Part shown: positions 1-9,537 of the stretch, piece by piece | Position numbering within the stretch: the stretch's first letter is position 1 | Layout of the letters: the number at the start of each line of letters is the position of its first letter | IMG/VR virus record: IMGVR_UViG_3300025267_002170 | Direction: 5' to 3' (one strand) | DNA length: 64,000 nucleotides | From: a virus | Lineage: Duplodnaviria > Caudoviricetes | Program-made: the position numbers and the translations under genes | Notes under the pieces: generated by a model | Told to the model about the DNA's origin: nothing | Database searches by the model: none | The model's input: only the letters and a program-made list of their open reading frames with translations

Positions 1-198
1 GGCTTGCATCGGAAGTACCTCTATGTTGAACACTTCCTTGGCGGCAAAGCTAAAATATTCTGGCTGCATAAACAGCCAAGCTAAACGTAACTCAAACTCA
101 TCCGGGTCTCCCGACCTGATGTAGTTTAATGGCTTGAACAAGCTGTCTTCATCGACATCTACATCCAGCCAAGCGTCTTTTATAACTCTGTCATTCAT
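1..198 (-). CDS. Probable terminase large subunit, N-terminal fragment (runs off window)
   Basis: Hand translation MNDRVIKDAWLD...YFSFAAKEVFNIEVLPMQA. The ending resembles the 'I.LLP.Q' motif that precedes Walker A in large terminases. ATG overlaps the stop of the ERCC4 gene. The ATPase motifs lie outside the window. Confidence 0.45.
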   Translation of the reverse strand, partial: MNDRVIKDAWLDVDVDEDSLFKPLNYIRSGDPDEFELRLAWLFMQPEYFSFAAKEVFNIEVLPMQA

Positions 199-676
199 CT
201 GCTTCTCTGCCTATCGTCTCAGTAATCTCTTTGAATATCTCTATCGCCTTATTTTCTGCGGATTCCCTTTCTCCACAAAAGACCACCTCTATGTCGTAGT
301 CTTCCTGATATCTAGAGAGAAGCTTTGCCATGAACTTACCATTCATACGTAAATACTTCCATCTGTAAGGTGGTATGCTTGAATTCTTTGGGAACTGCAT
401 GAGGTTCTCTAGACTGAACTCGCACAGGATATATGCCCAACGAAATTCAGCCATGCGTTCTAGCTCTGCTTCAAATCGTTTTCTGTGCTTCCCAAGATTC
501 ATGGAAAGCTCCCCTGTATTGGCCTTTCTTTCGATGCATAGAATCTCTTCAAGCCCTTCCAGTGTGTAGTCCCCGGTCTTAAGACCCCGCGACTCTATCG
601 CGCAGCTACTATAAAAATCGAAATCCCACCCTTCCTTTTCTCTGGTATCTCGTATAATAGAAAATTTATCTACCAT
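191..676 (-). CDS. ERCC4/XPF-family nuclease
   Basis: DTRE, L.TGDY and IERK motifs. Confidence 0.8.
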   Translation of the reverse strand: MVDKFSIIRDTREKEGWDFDFYSSCAIESRGLKTGDYTLEGLEEILCIERKANTGELSMNLGKHRKRFEAELERMAEFRWAYILCEFSLENLMQFPKNSSIPPYRWKYLRMNGKFMAKLLSRYQEDYDIEVVFCGERESAENKAIEIFKEITETIGREADE

Positions 677-941
677 TATGAATTATTTCGTAGAAAAGTC
701 TTTCATAGTGCTCCTCTTTTCCTGTAACTTCCTTGTGACACTCCCAGCATAAACATATACCATTACTAACTTCATATCGTAATGATGAAGCGCTAGACCA
801 CTTGCGTATATGATGAACCTGTATCCTCTTTCTTTTTTTACATCCGGGCATCTGGCACTTGCCTTTATCCCTAGCGTAAACTTTCCTTCTCCAATTAGCA
901 TATACTTCCGTATCGGCTTCCGGCCTAAATCTATTAGGCAT
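666..941 (-). CDS. HNH endonuclease
   Basis: RD..CQ..GC, HHI, NGICLC..CH. Confidence 0.85.
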   Translation of the reverse strand: MPNRFRPEADTEVYANWRRKVYARDKGKCQMPGCKKRKRIQVHHIRKWSSASSLRYEVSNGICLCWECHKEVTGKEEHYERLFYEIIHNGR

Positions 942-1189
942 TATTTCTTAATCCTCACGCTCTTGACAGAAACTGTTTTTGCTACCTTCTTTGCCAACTG
1001 CTTAATTCTAGTTGTATTTCTCTCGTGGAGTATCTCATTACATACTTTTCTAGTCCCCTTGGCGCAAGCGTCGTCGGGGCTTTTTGCTTCTACGTAAACT
1101 GTCGTGGTTTTGTAATTATGAGATTTAATACCCAACTGGGTCATCTCATCCATTACTTTTACCATGTTTATGACTACCCGGTATAGCAT
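941..1189 (-). CDS. Hypothetical protein
   Basis: Tightly packed in the minus-strand operon. Confidence 0.6.
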   Translation of the reverse strand: MLYRVVINMVKVMDEMTQLGIKSHNYKTTTVYVEAKSPDDACAKGTRKVCNEILHERNTTRIKQLAKKVAKTVSVKSVRIKK

Positions 1190-1547
1190 TGGGAGAACCG
1201 TTCTTTTTTTCTAGATACTGCTGCCACACAGTTTTCTCTCCCGGTTTTCTCTTTGGAAGTTCCAATCCCTCTCTTATAAGACTGTCACATTCTGGACATG
1301 CCGGTTGAGGAGTTTTGTGTGGCTTGGCATAATGGAAAACACGAATCATAGTATCCATAAGGACGTATGCCTTTGCTTCCTCCCTTGCCTTCATCCCGTA
1401 GATTTCATCCATTTCTTCTTTGATATATTCGATATCTTTTTTCATACTAGCCGTTAAATAATTTTGTTGTTCGGCTATGTATACTATACCTAGAACATTA
1501 GCACAAACGAGCGCTATAACACAGATATCCACCATCTTGCTTCTCAT
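1146..1547 (-). CDS. Membrane-anchored protein with H-x4-H-x6-CPxC motif
   Basis: N-terminal hydrophobic helix, GGAG RBS, HYAKPHKTPQPACPEC. Confidence 0.65.
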   Translation of the reverse strand: MRSKMVDICVIALVCANVLGIVYIAEQQNYLTASMKKDIEYIKEEMDEIYGMKAREEAKAYVLMDTMIRVFHYAKPHKTPQPACPECDSLIREGLELPKRKPGEKTVWQQYLEKKNGSPNAIPGSHKHGKSNG

Positions 1548-1556
1548 GTCTTCTCC

Positions 1557-2489
1557 TTATATCTTTAGTAAGTTTTCCTTCTTGTCGTAAATATATCTAG
1601 CGGTTGCAACATCCTCTATTGCCAACCCCGTAGCATCAAACAAAGTCTGATTTCCTTCTGTAGGAAGTTTTCCAGAAACTATATCAGCCAGCTGGAACCA
1701 GTCCTGTTTCTTTTCATAGTAGGGAGTATACTGAATTTCACCAGAATGAGAACATTGTTCCCAGTTGTCATAAACAACAAGGTCCACATTTTCCAAAACG
1801 CAAGGAGAAAGCTCGCGCTTTCCCTCGGCATCTGCACCGACAGCGTTTATATGTACCTTATCTTTAAGCCACTCGTGCTTTAGAAATCCAGTTCTTGAAG
1901 GCGTCAGAGTAGTAATTACGTCTGCATCTTTAATACAGTCAACCAAATCTGTATAGGGAACAACATCTACGCCATCCATAATAAGTGAAACTGCTACCTG
2001 CTTACATCTGTCCTCATCCAAGTCGAAAAGCCTTACTTGTTCTATGTCAAGCACGTGACATACGGCTTCCACTTGAGAGCGTGTCTGATTACCGCATCCA
2101 ACGAATGCTGCAATTTTTGAGTCCTGTCTTGCCATATATTTTGTAGCAACTCCAGTAACCGCCGCTGTTCGTATTGCAGTAATAGATTCACCATCCATAA
2201 TTGCCAGAAGCTCTCCGGTATCAACCTGATTGATTAAAACCTTGGCAAATATATTACACTTCCTTTTCTTCTTTGTACCATCTAAGTGAACGCCGCACCA
2301 TTTAATTCCCGCAGTATTCTCTACAATGGCTGGCATAGACCTAAAGTCTCCATCCGGTATTTCCATGTATACCTTTGGAGGCATTTTGGTTTTTTGTATA
2401 TTGGCAAATAGTTTTTCAATTACCCCAATACACTCTGTAACGCTAATCAAATCAATAACATCTTGGTTGGATAGAAAATATGTGTTCAT
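1557..2489 (-). CDS. Ornithine cyclodeaminase/mu-crystallin (AlaDH-like) family enzyme
   Basis: MPPK, DFRSMPA, TAIRTAA, GCGNQ Rossmann motif, HINAVGAD..GKREL, FDATGLAIED. Confidence 0.9.
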   Translation of the reverse strand: MNTYFLSNQDVIDLISVTECIGVIEKLFANIQKTKMPPKVYMEIPDGDFRSMPAIVENTAGIKWCGVHLDGTKKKRKCNIFAKVLINQVDTGELLAIMDGESITAIRTAAVTGVATKYMARQDSKIAAFVGCGNQTRSQVEAVCHVLDIEQVRLFDLDEDRCKQVAVSLIMDGVDVVPYTDLVDCIKDADVITTLTPSRTGFLKHEWLKDKVHINAVGADAEGKRELSPCVLENVDLVVYDNWEQCSHSGEIQYTPYYEKKQDWFQLADIVSGKLPTEGNQTLFDATGLAIEDVATARYIYDKKENLLKI

Positions 2490-3520
2490 TCTAGTCTCGC
2501 TATATCGTAATTAACCATGGTTTTTACCAAGTCCTCAAACGATATTTTATGATTCCATCCCAGTTTTTCCCGAGCTTTACTTGGTTCTCCTCTAAGATAT
2601 GGAACTTCTGAAGGTCTCATGAAACGTGGGTCTTGAACAACAAATGGTGTAAAGTCATCAATACCAATTTCTTTAAATGCAGCAATAAGGAAATCTCTTA
2701 CTGTATAGGTTTCTCCAGTAGCAACAACATAATCATCCGGCTCGTCTTGTTGCAACATGAGCCACATAGCCTCTACATAATCCCTTGCGTGTCCCCAATC
2801 CCGCTTGGCGTCAAGATTGCCCAAACCAAGAATTGGAGCATCCTTGTTAGAACCGCCATTTTTGAAATGATGGTCTAGTTCTGCGATATACTTCGTAATC
2901 TTCTTTGTAACGAATCTTGCTCCGCGTCGTTCGCTTTCGTGATTAAACAGGATTCCACAGCATCCAAATATGCCATACGCCTTTCTATACAAACCAGTAA
3001 GATGATGCGCTCCAAGCTTTGCCACGGCATATGGAGACTGTGGATTGAATCTGGTTTCCTCGTTCTGATAGGGGTTTGAATACGTGCGATAAAACCCTTC
3101 CGAATCGTACCCCCCATCATCAAGGGAGTCTCCAAACATCTCGCTTGAGCTTGCCTGATAAAACTTTGTATTCGGACTATGCTCTCTCAGTACTTCAAGA
3201 ATGTTTAAACATCCCTTGCACGTAACTTCGATTGACAATAGTGGTTGATTAAATGAAGTGCCAACATGGCTCATTGCTGCCAAATTGTACACCTCATCCG
3301 GCGAGGCCTCTTCGACAATTCGAAGAACACTACTATAGTCAGTAATATCGCCCTCTACTATCTCAAAATCCTCGTGGTCTAGCAGATGTCTAATTCTGCT
3401 GGTATTACCTGTACTTACTCTTCTAGTTACTCCAACTACCTTATAGTTCTTCTCCAATAGTAGCTCCAGTAAGTAGCTTCCGTCTTGTCCGGTTACGCCA
3501 AAAAGAACCGCCTTCTTCAT
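2486..3520 (-). CDS. gmd: GDP-mannose 4,6-dehydratase
   Basis: GVTGQDGSYL, YNLAAMSHV, FYQASSSEMFG, PQSPYAVAK, LGNLDAKRDWGHA. Confidence 0.97.
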   Translation of the reverse strand: MKKAVLFGVTGQDGSYLLELLLEKNYKVVGVTRRVSTGNTSRIRHLLDHEDFEIVEGDITDYSSVLRIVEEASPDEVYNLAAMSHVGTSFNQPLLSIEVTCKGCLNILEVLREHSPNTKFYQASSSEMFGDSLDDGGYDSEGFYRTYSNPYQNEETRFNPQSPYAVAKLGAHHLTGLYRKAYGIFGCCGILFNHESERRGARFVTKKITKYIAELDHHFKNGGSNKDAPILGLGNLDAKRDWGHARDYVEAMWLMLQQDEPDDYVVATGETYTVRDFLIAAFKEIGIDDFTPFVVQDPRFMRPSEVPYLRGEPSKAREKLGWNHKISFEDLVKTMVNYDIARLE

Positions 3521-3523
3521 CCT

Positions 3524-4132
3524 CTACTCTCCTTTGCTTGGTAATTTACTTGGCGGTAGTGGTTGAAATGATATTCCACCATTTCTGCTCAAGCTTCCGC
3601 CTCCTTCTCCATCGCCGCCTTCTCCATCACCGTCTCCTTCTCCACCTTCACCCTGACCGTCTCCTTGACCGTCTCCATCCTCTCCCTGTCCCTGTAATCC
3701 CTCGTTGGTCCCCATAACAGCCTGACCACCCATAATCATTCCTAGAGCCTTCTGGCCGTCTTCGTGGAGTTTCTTTGAATATTCTAGACGATAAGCCCTA
3801 GGCTTGTACATGTTTTCATTAGCAAAAGAGATAAAAAAGGAGCCATCATCCTTTTCCTTTGGGTTCATATCAGTGACCCAAACGTACACGTCTCCCTTGT
3901 CTCCGGTTTTTTTATTCGGTTCTTTTATAACAACCCAGTGAACCCTGAACTCTTTTGGAGGCTGTTGATTAGAAGGCCAGCCGAAAAGATTCTCTAAGGA
4001 GAAGTTAACAGATAAGCATAGATACAAAGTTAAAAGTATGGTAGCCGCTTTCAGTCCCCATAGACCCTTAGACCCAATAACAAACCAGAGTATCAAACTA
4101 GTTAAAAGAATAAAAGCTAAAGTAATCGACAT
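3524..4132 (-). CDS. Membrane protein with Gly/Asp/Glu-rich tail (third gene of ExbB/D-like module)
   Basis: Two N-terminal TM helices, GWP motif, low-complexity GEG repeats. Confidence 0.7.
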   Translation of the reverse strand: MSITLAFILLTSLILWFVIGSKGLWGLKAATILLTLYLCLSVNFSLENLFGWPSNQQPPKEFRVHWVVIKEPNKKTGDKGDVYVWVTDMNPKEKDDGSFFISFANENMYKPRAYRLEYSKKLHEDGQKALGMIMGGQAVMGTNEGLQGQGEDGDGQGDGQGEGGEGDGDGEGGDGEGGGSLSRNGGISFQPLPPSKLPSKGE

Positions 4133-4734
4133 TAGAGCGTTCCCGTACTTTCAGGAAGAAGGGTCTTTGGTAATTCGTTCACGTCTATCACCTCTCCAGC
4201 CCTATCGAGCGTAAACCTAAACGCGGTCTTTTCGTCTCCGGTTATTGTTAGCGTTCTTTCTTTGAGAGTTATCATTCTGTATGGATTAAGCTTTTCTAGC
4301 TGGATTGTTACGGGCGTGCTTTCGGAGGCTGCTCTTTCCATGTACATGTGAACGTTAACTACATATTCTCCGGGCACTATTCCTCGCAGGGTTACAATCT
4401 CCTTATTTTCATTAGACTCGACTGAACCAAACGGGGTTTGAATAATGTCATTTCGTTGGCCTAGGTCATCTCGGTCTAAATGCATCAATCCATCTTCTCT
4501 TCTCATGAAGGCGACAAGATGGCCTACAGGGTCTTCGACATATACGTCAACGTCATTGTCCATCCCCTCTGGCCAAGTAATCGTTATTAGAAATTCTGCT
4601 TTCGACTCGACGTTGTTCTGCTCCTGAGAAGGACTAATCAGAACGAAAGCCAATACGAACAGAGCCGCAAAACACAGAAGCGTATTGAACAACAGGTCCA
4701 GAAAAGCCAAGTTGGTATGATAATTACGCTTCAT
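4132..4734 (-). CDS. ExbD/MotB-like anchor fused to YfaP-like domain
   Basis: TM containing Asp (AFLDLLF), then DVDVYVEDP...LDRDD...PGEYVVNVHMY. Confidence 0.7.
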   Translation of the reverse strand: MKRNYHTNLAFLDLLFNTLLCFAALFVLAFVLISPSQEQNNVESKAEFLITITWPEGMDNDVDVYVEDPVGHLVAFMRREDGLMHLDRDDLGQRNDIIQTPFGSVESNENKEIVTLRGIVPGEYVVNVHMYMERAASESTPVTIQLEKLNPYRMITLKERTLTITGDEKTAFRFTLDRAGEVIDVNELPKTLLPESTGTL

Positions 4735-5245
4735 CTCTGACCCTGTCTAGCGCCTGACTCAAGTTGAAGTATTGAATCTTTAATAGCGAGCTACAGATTA
4801 GGCCCACAAGAGTGCTATACAGGGCCGTAGACATTCCCAGCCCCAGCTTTTTGATAAGGTCTTGTATTGTCTGTATGTCCCCGATGTCGACGCTGGTAAA
4901 GCCCGAGAGCATCATGATAAAACCAGTCACCGTGCCAATCATTCCGATGGTTAAACACAGGTCGCTGGTGAACCAGCCAACCTCGATAAGATGTTCTATT
5001 TTTTCTACAAGATGGTTTTCGGTCCTTCCATCATCAAGAAACTTACTCAGTCGAAAAGTCTTGTATCCGCACCATGTGGACATGCTCACAAACAGCGCTA
5101 CTAGTACGAAACTGAGCTTTGTTACATCCTTGTCCCATAGAACGTGGAAAAACTTCGACATGGTTAATGCTACGAACGTCATGGACATTAATACCGCAAA
5201 GAGCCACCATTTAAGGAAAAGGGTATGCTGGTAGTGCTTAGTCAT
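4724..5245 (-). CDS. MotA/TolQ/ExbB proton-channel family protein
   Basis: IGMIGTVTGF and GMSTALYSTLVGL helices. Confidence 0.8.
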   Translation of the reverse strand: MTKHYQHTLFLKWWLFAVLMSMTFVALTMSKFFHVLWDKDVTKLSFVLVALFVSMSTWCGYKTFRLSKFLDDGRTENHLVEKIEHLIEVGWFTSDLCLTIGMIGTVTGFIMMLSGFTSVDIGDIQTIQDLIKKLGLGMSTALYSTLVGLICSSLLKIQYFNLSQALDRVRDEA

Positions 5246-6026
5246 CTGAAAATGTCTCCGGTGTAAGCAATGGCTGGTCTATTACTCCATCATCATATTT
5301 ATGGTATCCTGCGAGGCGCGTGTACTCTTTCTCTACGGCGAGCCTCATCTTCTCCATGTTTATTGAGAGTTCTTCTCTGAAGGCGGGGTTTTGCATAACA
5401 CTCTTTATCCAACCTGTGAATGTTTGCTTTGAGTCCTCTAATCGTTTAATACGCTGCTCTCTAGTTGCCTTTAGGTCTTTAAGCATGCCGCTCTTCTTGC
5501 CCTGTAAATCCTTATAGTCTTTACTGAGGGCTTCTATGGCGGCGCGGTATAATGCTACCTGCCTTTCTAGGTTTATCAGGTACTCGCGGTCTTGGTCACC
5601 AATAAACTTCTCTTTTTCCGTAGATATGAGGGTCTCTGTTTCATCAATGCTATTCATAGTATTTTGCTGCTCTCTAAGAGCGCGATTCATTAGAATTTCG
5701 AGCTTGATGGCATCGACGATTTGGAGTTCCTCTGTTGGAAGAACGTCATCGCGGAACTGGCCGACGATGCGCTTCCAGTGGTAGACGAACATCTTCTGCT
5801 CGTCTGTTTTGAACTGCGACTTGATTTCTTCCCAGAACGGGCGAGTCTTTAAGTCGTAGGTGGCTTCTTCTTCTTTTTCTCTGCCCATATCGAGTTTTTT
5901 ATCTATGTGCTTGGCAATGCTGGTGGGGTCTCTATCCAAGTGGGCGGCTATATCGTTAACGGTTTTGTTGATATGGTGCTGTTTAATATAAAGCTGCTCA
6001 GACTTGGAGAGTCTACCCTTCTTCAT
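5238..6026 (-). CDS. Coiled-coil protein with N-terminal HTH-like region
   Basis: Start re-called at MKKGRLSK (AGGAG upstream); IAAHLDRDPTSI helix-turn-helix-like segment. Confidence 0.7.
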   Translation of the reverse strand: MKKGRLSKSEQLYIKQHHINKTVNDIAAHLDRDPTSIAKHIDKKLDMGREKEEEATYDLKTRPFWEEIKSQFKTDEQKMFVYHWKRIVGQFRDDVLPTEELQIVDAIKLEILMNRALREQQNTMNSIDETETLISTEKEKFIGDQDREYLINLERQVALYRAAIEALSKDYKDLQGKKSGMLKDLKATREQRIKRLEDSKQTFTGWIKSVMQNPAFREELSINMEKMRLAVEKEYTRLAGYHKYDDGVIDQPLLTPETFSDD

Positions 6027-6534
6027 CGCTGGACTCCTTGAGAATCTTCTGAATCTCATTGTAAATCTGCTGGCGGCGGGGCTTGGGGACGTACACGCCG
6101 TGTAGAATCTTGAGATAATCTTCCCTGAAAGAAACATCTAGGAATTTATCTATAAGATTTACGATTTCTTTTTGTTCTACTATCTCTATGAAATCATTTT
6201 CAACGCGCATGTTGCTCTCCAACTCGTCTTTTACGCTAGATAAGTCAATGGGGTCCATGATATTTTTTTTGGCTTCATGTTTTTCATTATCGAGCCTGTA
6301 AAAATGGTCTCGTTTAAAGTTCTTCAGCCGGTTGTTTACGTGAACTGCTAGGAAGTTTTCCAGCGGGCGGTTGCTATCGTAGCGGTCAAGCGCATCCATC
6401 GCTATTATGAATGCTTCCTGTTTCATATCTTCGGCTTCGTAGTAACCAAAACGAAACTTCGCGGCTTGACGTTCAACAACCTTGTTGATTATCTGAAGAA
6501 CTTCTTTCTCCGTCATTCCGTTCGGAATCTTCAT
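6013..6534 (-). CDS. Sigma70/ECF-like sigma factor
   Basis: Region-2-like EDMKQEAFIIAMDALDRYD..RPLENFL...VNNRLKN. Confidence 0.7.
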   Translation of the reverse strand: MKIPNGMTEKEVLQIINKVVERQAAKFRFGYYEAEDMKQEAFIIAMDALDRYDSNRPLENFLAVHVNNRLKNFKRDHFYRLDNEKHEAKKNIMDPIDLSSVKDELESNMRVENDFIEIVEQKEIVNLIDKFLDVSFREDYLKILHGVYVPKPRRQQIYNEIQKILKESSDEEG

Positions 6535-6728
6535 CATCATCATCCAGTATGGCCTTTGCTTTTTCTGGGGAAGGGTCTGGCTGATTAAGTTCAGCCTCTA
6601 CCTGCTTCTGCAAGCTCTCCGATGCTTTTGTTTCAAGTTTGCTATCGACTTTGCTAGATTTAACCAAGGTTCTTGCCTTTTTAAAGAAATGTGACTATAT
6701 TATACTATACCCGCAAACGGAGAAAAGC

Positions 6729-6917
6729 ATGCGATTAACGGTGGCTGAAAAGAAGTTTATTCGAGCGACATGGGAACTGTATAATGATACGTATATTGCC
6801 GTGGCCTTGAACAAGGTGCGGCAGGAGCGAGGAGAGAGGAATCTATCAGAGCGAACTATCGCATCTTTTAGACTAAGAGAGGGGCTGCGGAGGAACATGC
6901 GGCGCGAAGGAGGCTAG
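6729..6917 (+). CDS. Small basic HTH-like protein
   Basis: GGAG RBS then MRLTVAEKKFI...RLREGLRR; divergent from the left block. Confidence 0.55.
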   Translation: MRLTVAEKKFIRATWELYNDTYIAVALNKVRQERGERNLSERTIASFRLREGLRRNMRREGG

Positions 6918-7236
6918 TTTAGCTGATACTATCAAAAATATTTTTGTCAATTGCGTTTGAACCCCCCCGACTTTCTACCTATTTTACGCAAGTAATGCAC
7001 ATTGACAAAAAACTACCCTATAGTCTAGTCATAGTCTGTTTCCGAGTCGTAGTCCTAAGTCTAGTGTCACCAAGAGGTTATATCCTAGTACTACTGCCGC
7101 GACGTAACTCCTTTGATACCAACGACTTACGTCTATTTCGACAAAATTCTGGAATTCGTGGCCGTTGGGCTGTCATCTGCCGATACTAGTCAGTAGAATG
7201 GGGCAGTCAAGCAACAAGGTAGTAGAGGAACGACAC

Positions 7237-7296
7237 ATGGAGACGCTTTTCTTGGTGGCGCTGGTGGCAATCATTTACGAGGGACTCTTGTCATAG
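7237..7296 (+). CDS. 19-aa hydrophobic micropeptide METLFLVALVAIIYEGLLS
   Basis: GAGG RBS, downstream of the cassette promoter. Confidence 0.55.
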   Translation: METLFLVALVAIIYEGLLS

Positions 7297-7339
7297 GCGC
7301 CGATTGACCGGGACACAACAGACACGCAAGGGGCACGCA

Positions 7340-7438
7340 ATGCAGACCATTATCATCACCACCATGCTGGCCATGATTCTCGTTCCGATTATCACGCTGG
7401 GCGTAATGGACGCCATTAGGCATCCGTGGGGCAAGTGA
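7340..7438 (+). CDS. 32-aa membrane peptide (family e)
   Basis: AAGGGG RBS; paralog of the N-terminus of 13635..13886. Confidence 0.7.
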   Translation: MQTIIITTMLAMILVPIITLGVMDAIRHPWGK

Positions 7439-7636
7439 AGAGACGCGCGACGTAACTCCTTATCTGACAAGGGGTTAGGGCGCGGCCGTACTGCGCGAAC
7501 GTAACCCCTTTGATATCAACGACTTACGTCGATTCCAACAAAATTCCAGAATAGGTAGCCATCGGGCTATGCAAGCGTCGATACTAGTCGGTATACTGTA
7601 GCAGTCAAGCAGTCGTACTTACTAGGGAGACGAGAC

Positions 7637-7696
7637 ATGGACATCGTTACCATCGGGCTGGCAGCCGCTCTACTCTACCTCGCTCTCAGCCACTAG
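7637..7696 (+). CDS. 19-aa membrane peptide MDIVTIGLAAALLYLALSH (family a)
   Basis: GGGAG RBS; length and motif conserved in paralogs at 8672, 9702 and 12992. Confidence 0.7.
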   Translation: MDIVTIGLAAALLYLALSH

Positions 7697-7842
7697 GGGG
7701 CTACGCGACGTAACTCCTTATCTGACAAGGGGTTAGGGCGCGGCAGTACTGCTGCGACGTAACCTCTTACATAGCAACGACTTACATCGATTGAACGTAA
7801 CTCCTTATGTGGCAAGGGTTTACGTTCGTCATGTTATTCGGT

Positions 7843-7900
7843 GTAGTCTCATCCCAACTTGCCTGCTGAGCGTCTAAGATAGTCTACAGTCAGCGTCAGC
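7843..7900 (+). repeat. Repeat family B (GTC-rich, TAGTC...GATAGTCTRYAGTCAGC)
   Basis: Copies at about 7843, 8873, 9903, 12170, 15331 and 18821; related tandem TAGTCAGCA at 21592-21624; GGTAGTCAG at 23974, 24058 and 24076. Confidence 0.8.
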
Positions 7901-8093
7901 CGGGGGCCGAGACAAGCTGTTATCTGATAAGGGGTTACGACTACGCACTACCGCGCGAACGTAACTCCTTTGATACCAACGACTTACGTCGATTCCGACA
8001 AAATTCCAGAATAGGTGGCTTGTGGGCTTGTGCCCTGTCGATAAGTCACTATAGTAGAGGACATACAACACGCAACACACACAAGGGTAGCAC

Positions 8094-8309
8094 ATGACAC
8101 GCACACGCCAACTGACTCACACCGAAACAATCGTCGACACCAACAGCAAGGGACAGCAGTTGTGCCGTCCGAAGTACGGCTTCCGGTGGACAATCCAAGA
8201 CAGCGTTGTCGCGATTGGACGCAAGCAAGAGGGTTGGACAACCTGCATCTACATCGACTGCGAACGTCGCGTCCGGGCAATGTGGGATGCCCACTACGCT
8301 GGCAAGTAG
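8094..8309 (+). CDS. Cassette protein family b (TNSKGQxLCRPKYG)
   Basis: Promoter and AAGGG RBS; paralogs at 9124 and 13343. Confidence 0.8.
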   Translation: MTRTRQLTHTETIVDTNSKGQQLCRPKYGFRWTIQDSVVAIGRKQEGWTTCIYIDCERRVRAMWDAHYAGK

Positions 8310-8507
8310 GATTGACGGCGGCGGCGACCTAACTCCTTATCTGACAAGGGGTTACGTCGCGGCCGTACTGCGCGAACGTAACCCCTTACGTACCAACGAC
8401 TTACGTCGATTCCGACAAAATTCCAGAATGGGTGGCCCTTGGGCTTGTGCCCTGTCGATAGTCTTAGTATAGTCAGGGTCATACACAACACTACTGGAAG
8501 GGTAAGC

Positions 8508-8672
8508 ATGGACGACACGGGAGTCAAGGTAGTAGGGCCAAGCAGGGACACCGACTGGCATCATCAGGTGTGGCAGTTCGGTTGGGATGGCTGGGAGTTG
8601 GTTGGGTCGTTCCTGCCAATGGGTTCGGCGGTGGCCTATGCTGAGAAGCTGGTCGATGAGGGGGCACACTGA
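8508..8672 (+). CDS. Cassette protein family c (MDDTGVKVVGPS...)
   Basis: GGAAGGG RBS; paralogs at 9538 and 12828. Confidence 0.8.
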   Translation: MDDTGVKVVGPSRDTDWHHQVWQFGWDGWELVGSFLPMGSAVAYAEKLVDEGAH

Positions 8673-8731
8673 TGGACGTACTCACTTGCGTAACGGCGGC
8701 GGCGTTGCTATGGGTCGCTCTCTCTCACTGA
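8672..8731 (+). CDS. 19-aa membrane peptide MDVLTCVTAAALLWVALSH (family a)
   Basis: TGATG coupling to the family c gene. Confidence 0.7.
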   Translation: MDVLTCVTAAALLWVALSH

Positions 8732-9123
8732 GAATCGACCTAACTCCTTATCTGACAAGGGGTTACGGCAGCGCAGTACTGCTGCGACGTAACCTCTTTG
8801 ATACCAATGACTTACATCAATTGAACGTAACTCCTTACGTAGCAAGGGTTTACGTTCGTCCTATTATCCGGCGTAGTCTCATCCTAACTTACCTGCTGGC
8901 CGTCTAAGATAGTCTACAGTCAGCGTCAGCCGGGGGCCGAGACAAGCTGTTATCTGATAAGGGGTTACGACTACGCACTACCGCGCGAACGTAACTCCTT
9001 TGATACCAACGACTTACGTCGATTCCGACAAAATTCCAGAATAGGTGGCTTGTGGGCTTGTGCCCTGTCGATAAGTCACTATAGTAGAGGACATACAACA
9101 CGCAACACACACAAGGGTAGCAC

Positions 9124-9339
9124 ATGACACGCACACGCCAACTGACTCACACCGAAACAATCGTCGACACCAACAGCAAGGGACAGCAGTTGTGCCGTCC
9201 GAAGTACGGCTTCCGGTGGACAATCCAAGACAGCGTTGTCGCGATTGGACGCAAGCAAGAGGGTTGGACAACCTGCATCTACATCGACTGCGAACGTCGC
9301 GTCCGGGCAATGTGGGATGCCCACTACGCTGGCAAGTAG
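9124..9339 (+). CDS. Family b, duplicate copy
   Basis: Identical to 8094..8309. Confidence 0.8.
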   Translation: MTRTRQLTHTETIVDTNSKGQQLCRPKYGFRWTIQDSVVAIGRKQEGWTTCIYIDCERRVRAMWDAHYAGK

Positions 9340-9537
9340 GATTGACGGCGGCGGCGACCTAACTCCTTATCTGACAAGGGGTTACGTCGCGGCCGTACTG
9401 CGCGAACGTAACCCCTTACGTACCAACGACTTACGTCGATTCCGACAAAATTCCAGAATGGGTGGCCCTTGGGCTTGTGCCCTGTCGATAGTCTTAGTAT
9501 AGTCAGGGTCATACACAACACTACTGGAAGGGTAAGC

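Noticed and set aside
6027-6137. N-terminal extension of the 299-aa ORF
   Set aside because: It overlaps the sigma gene; the RBS supports a start at 6026.
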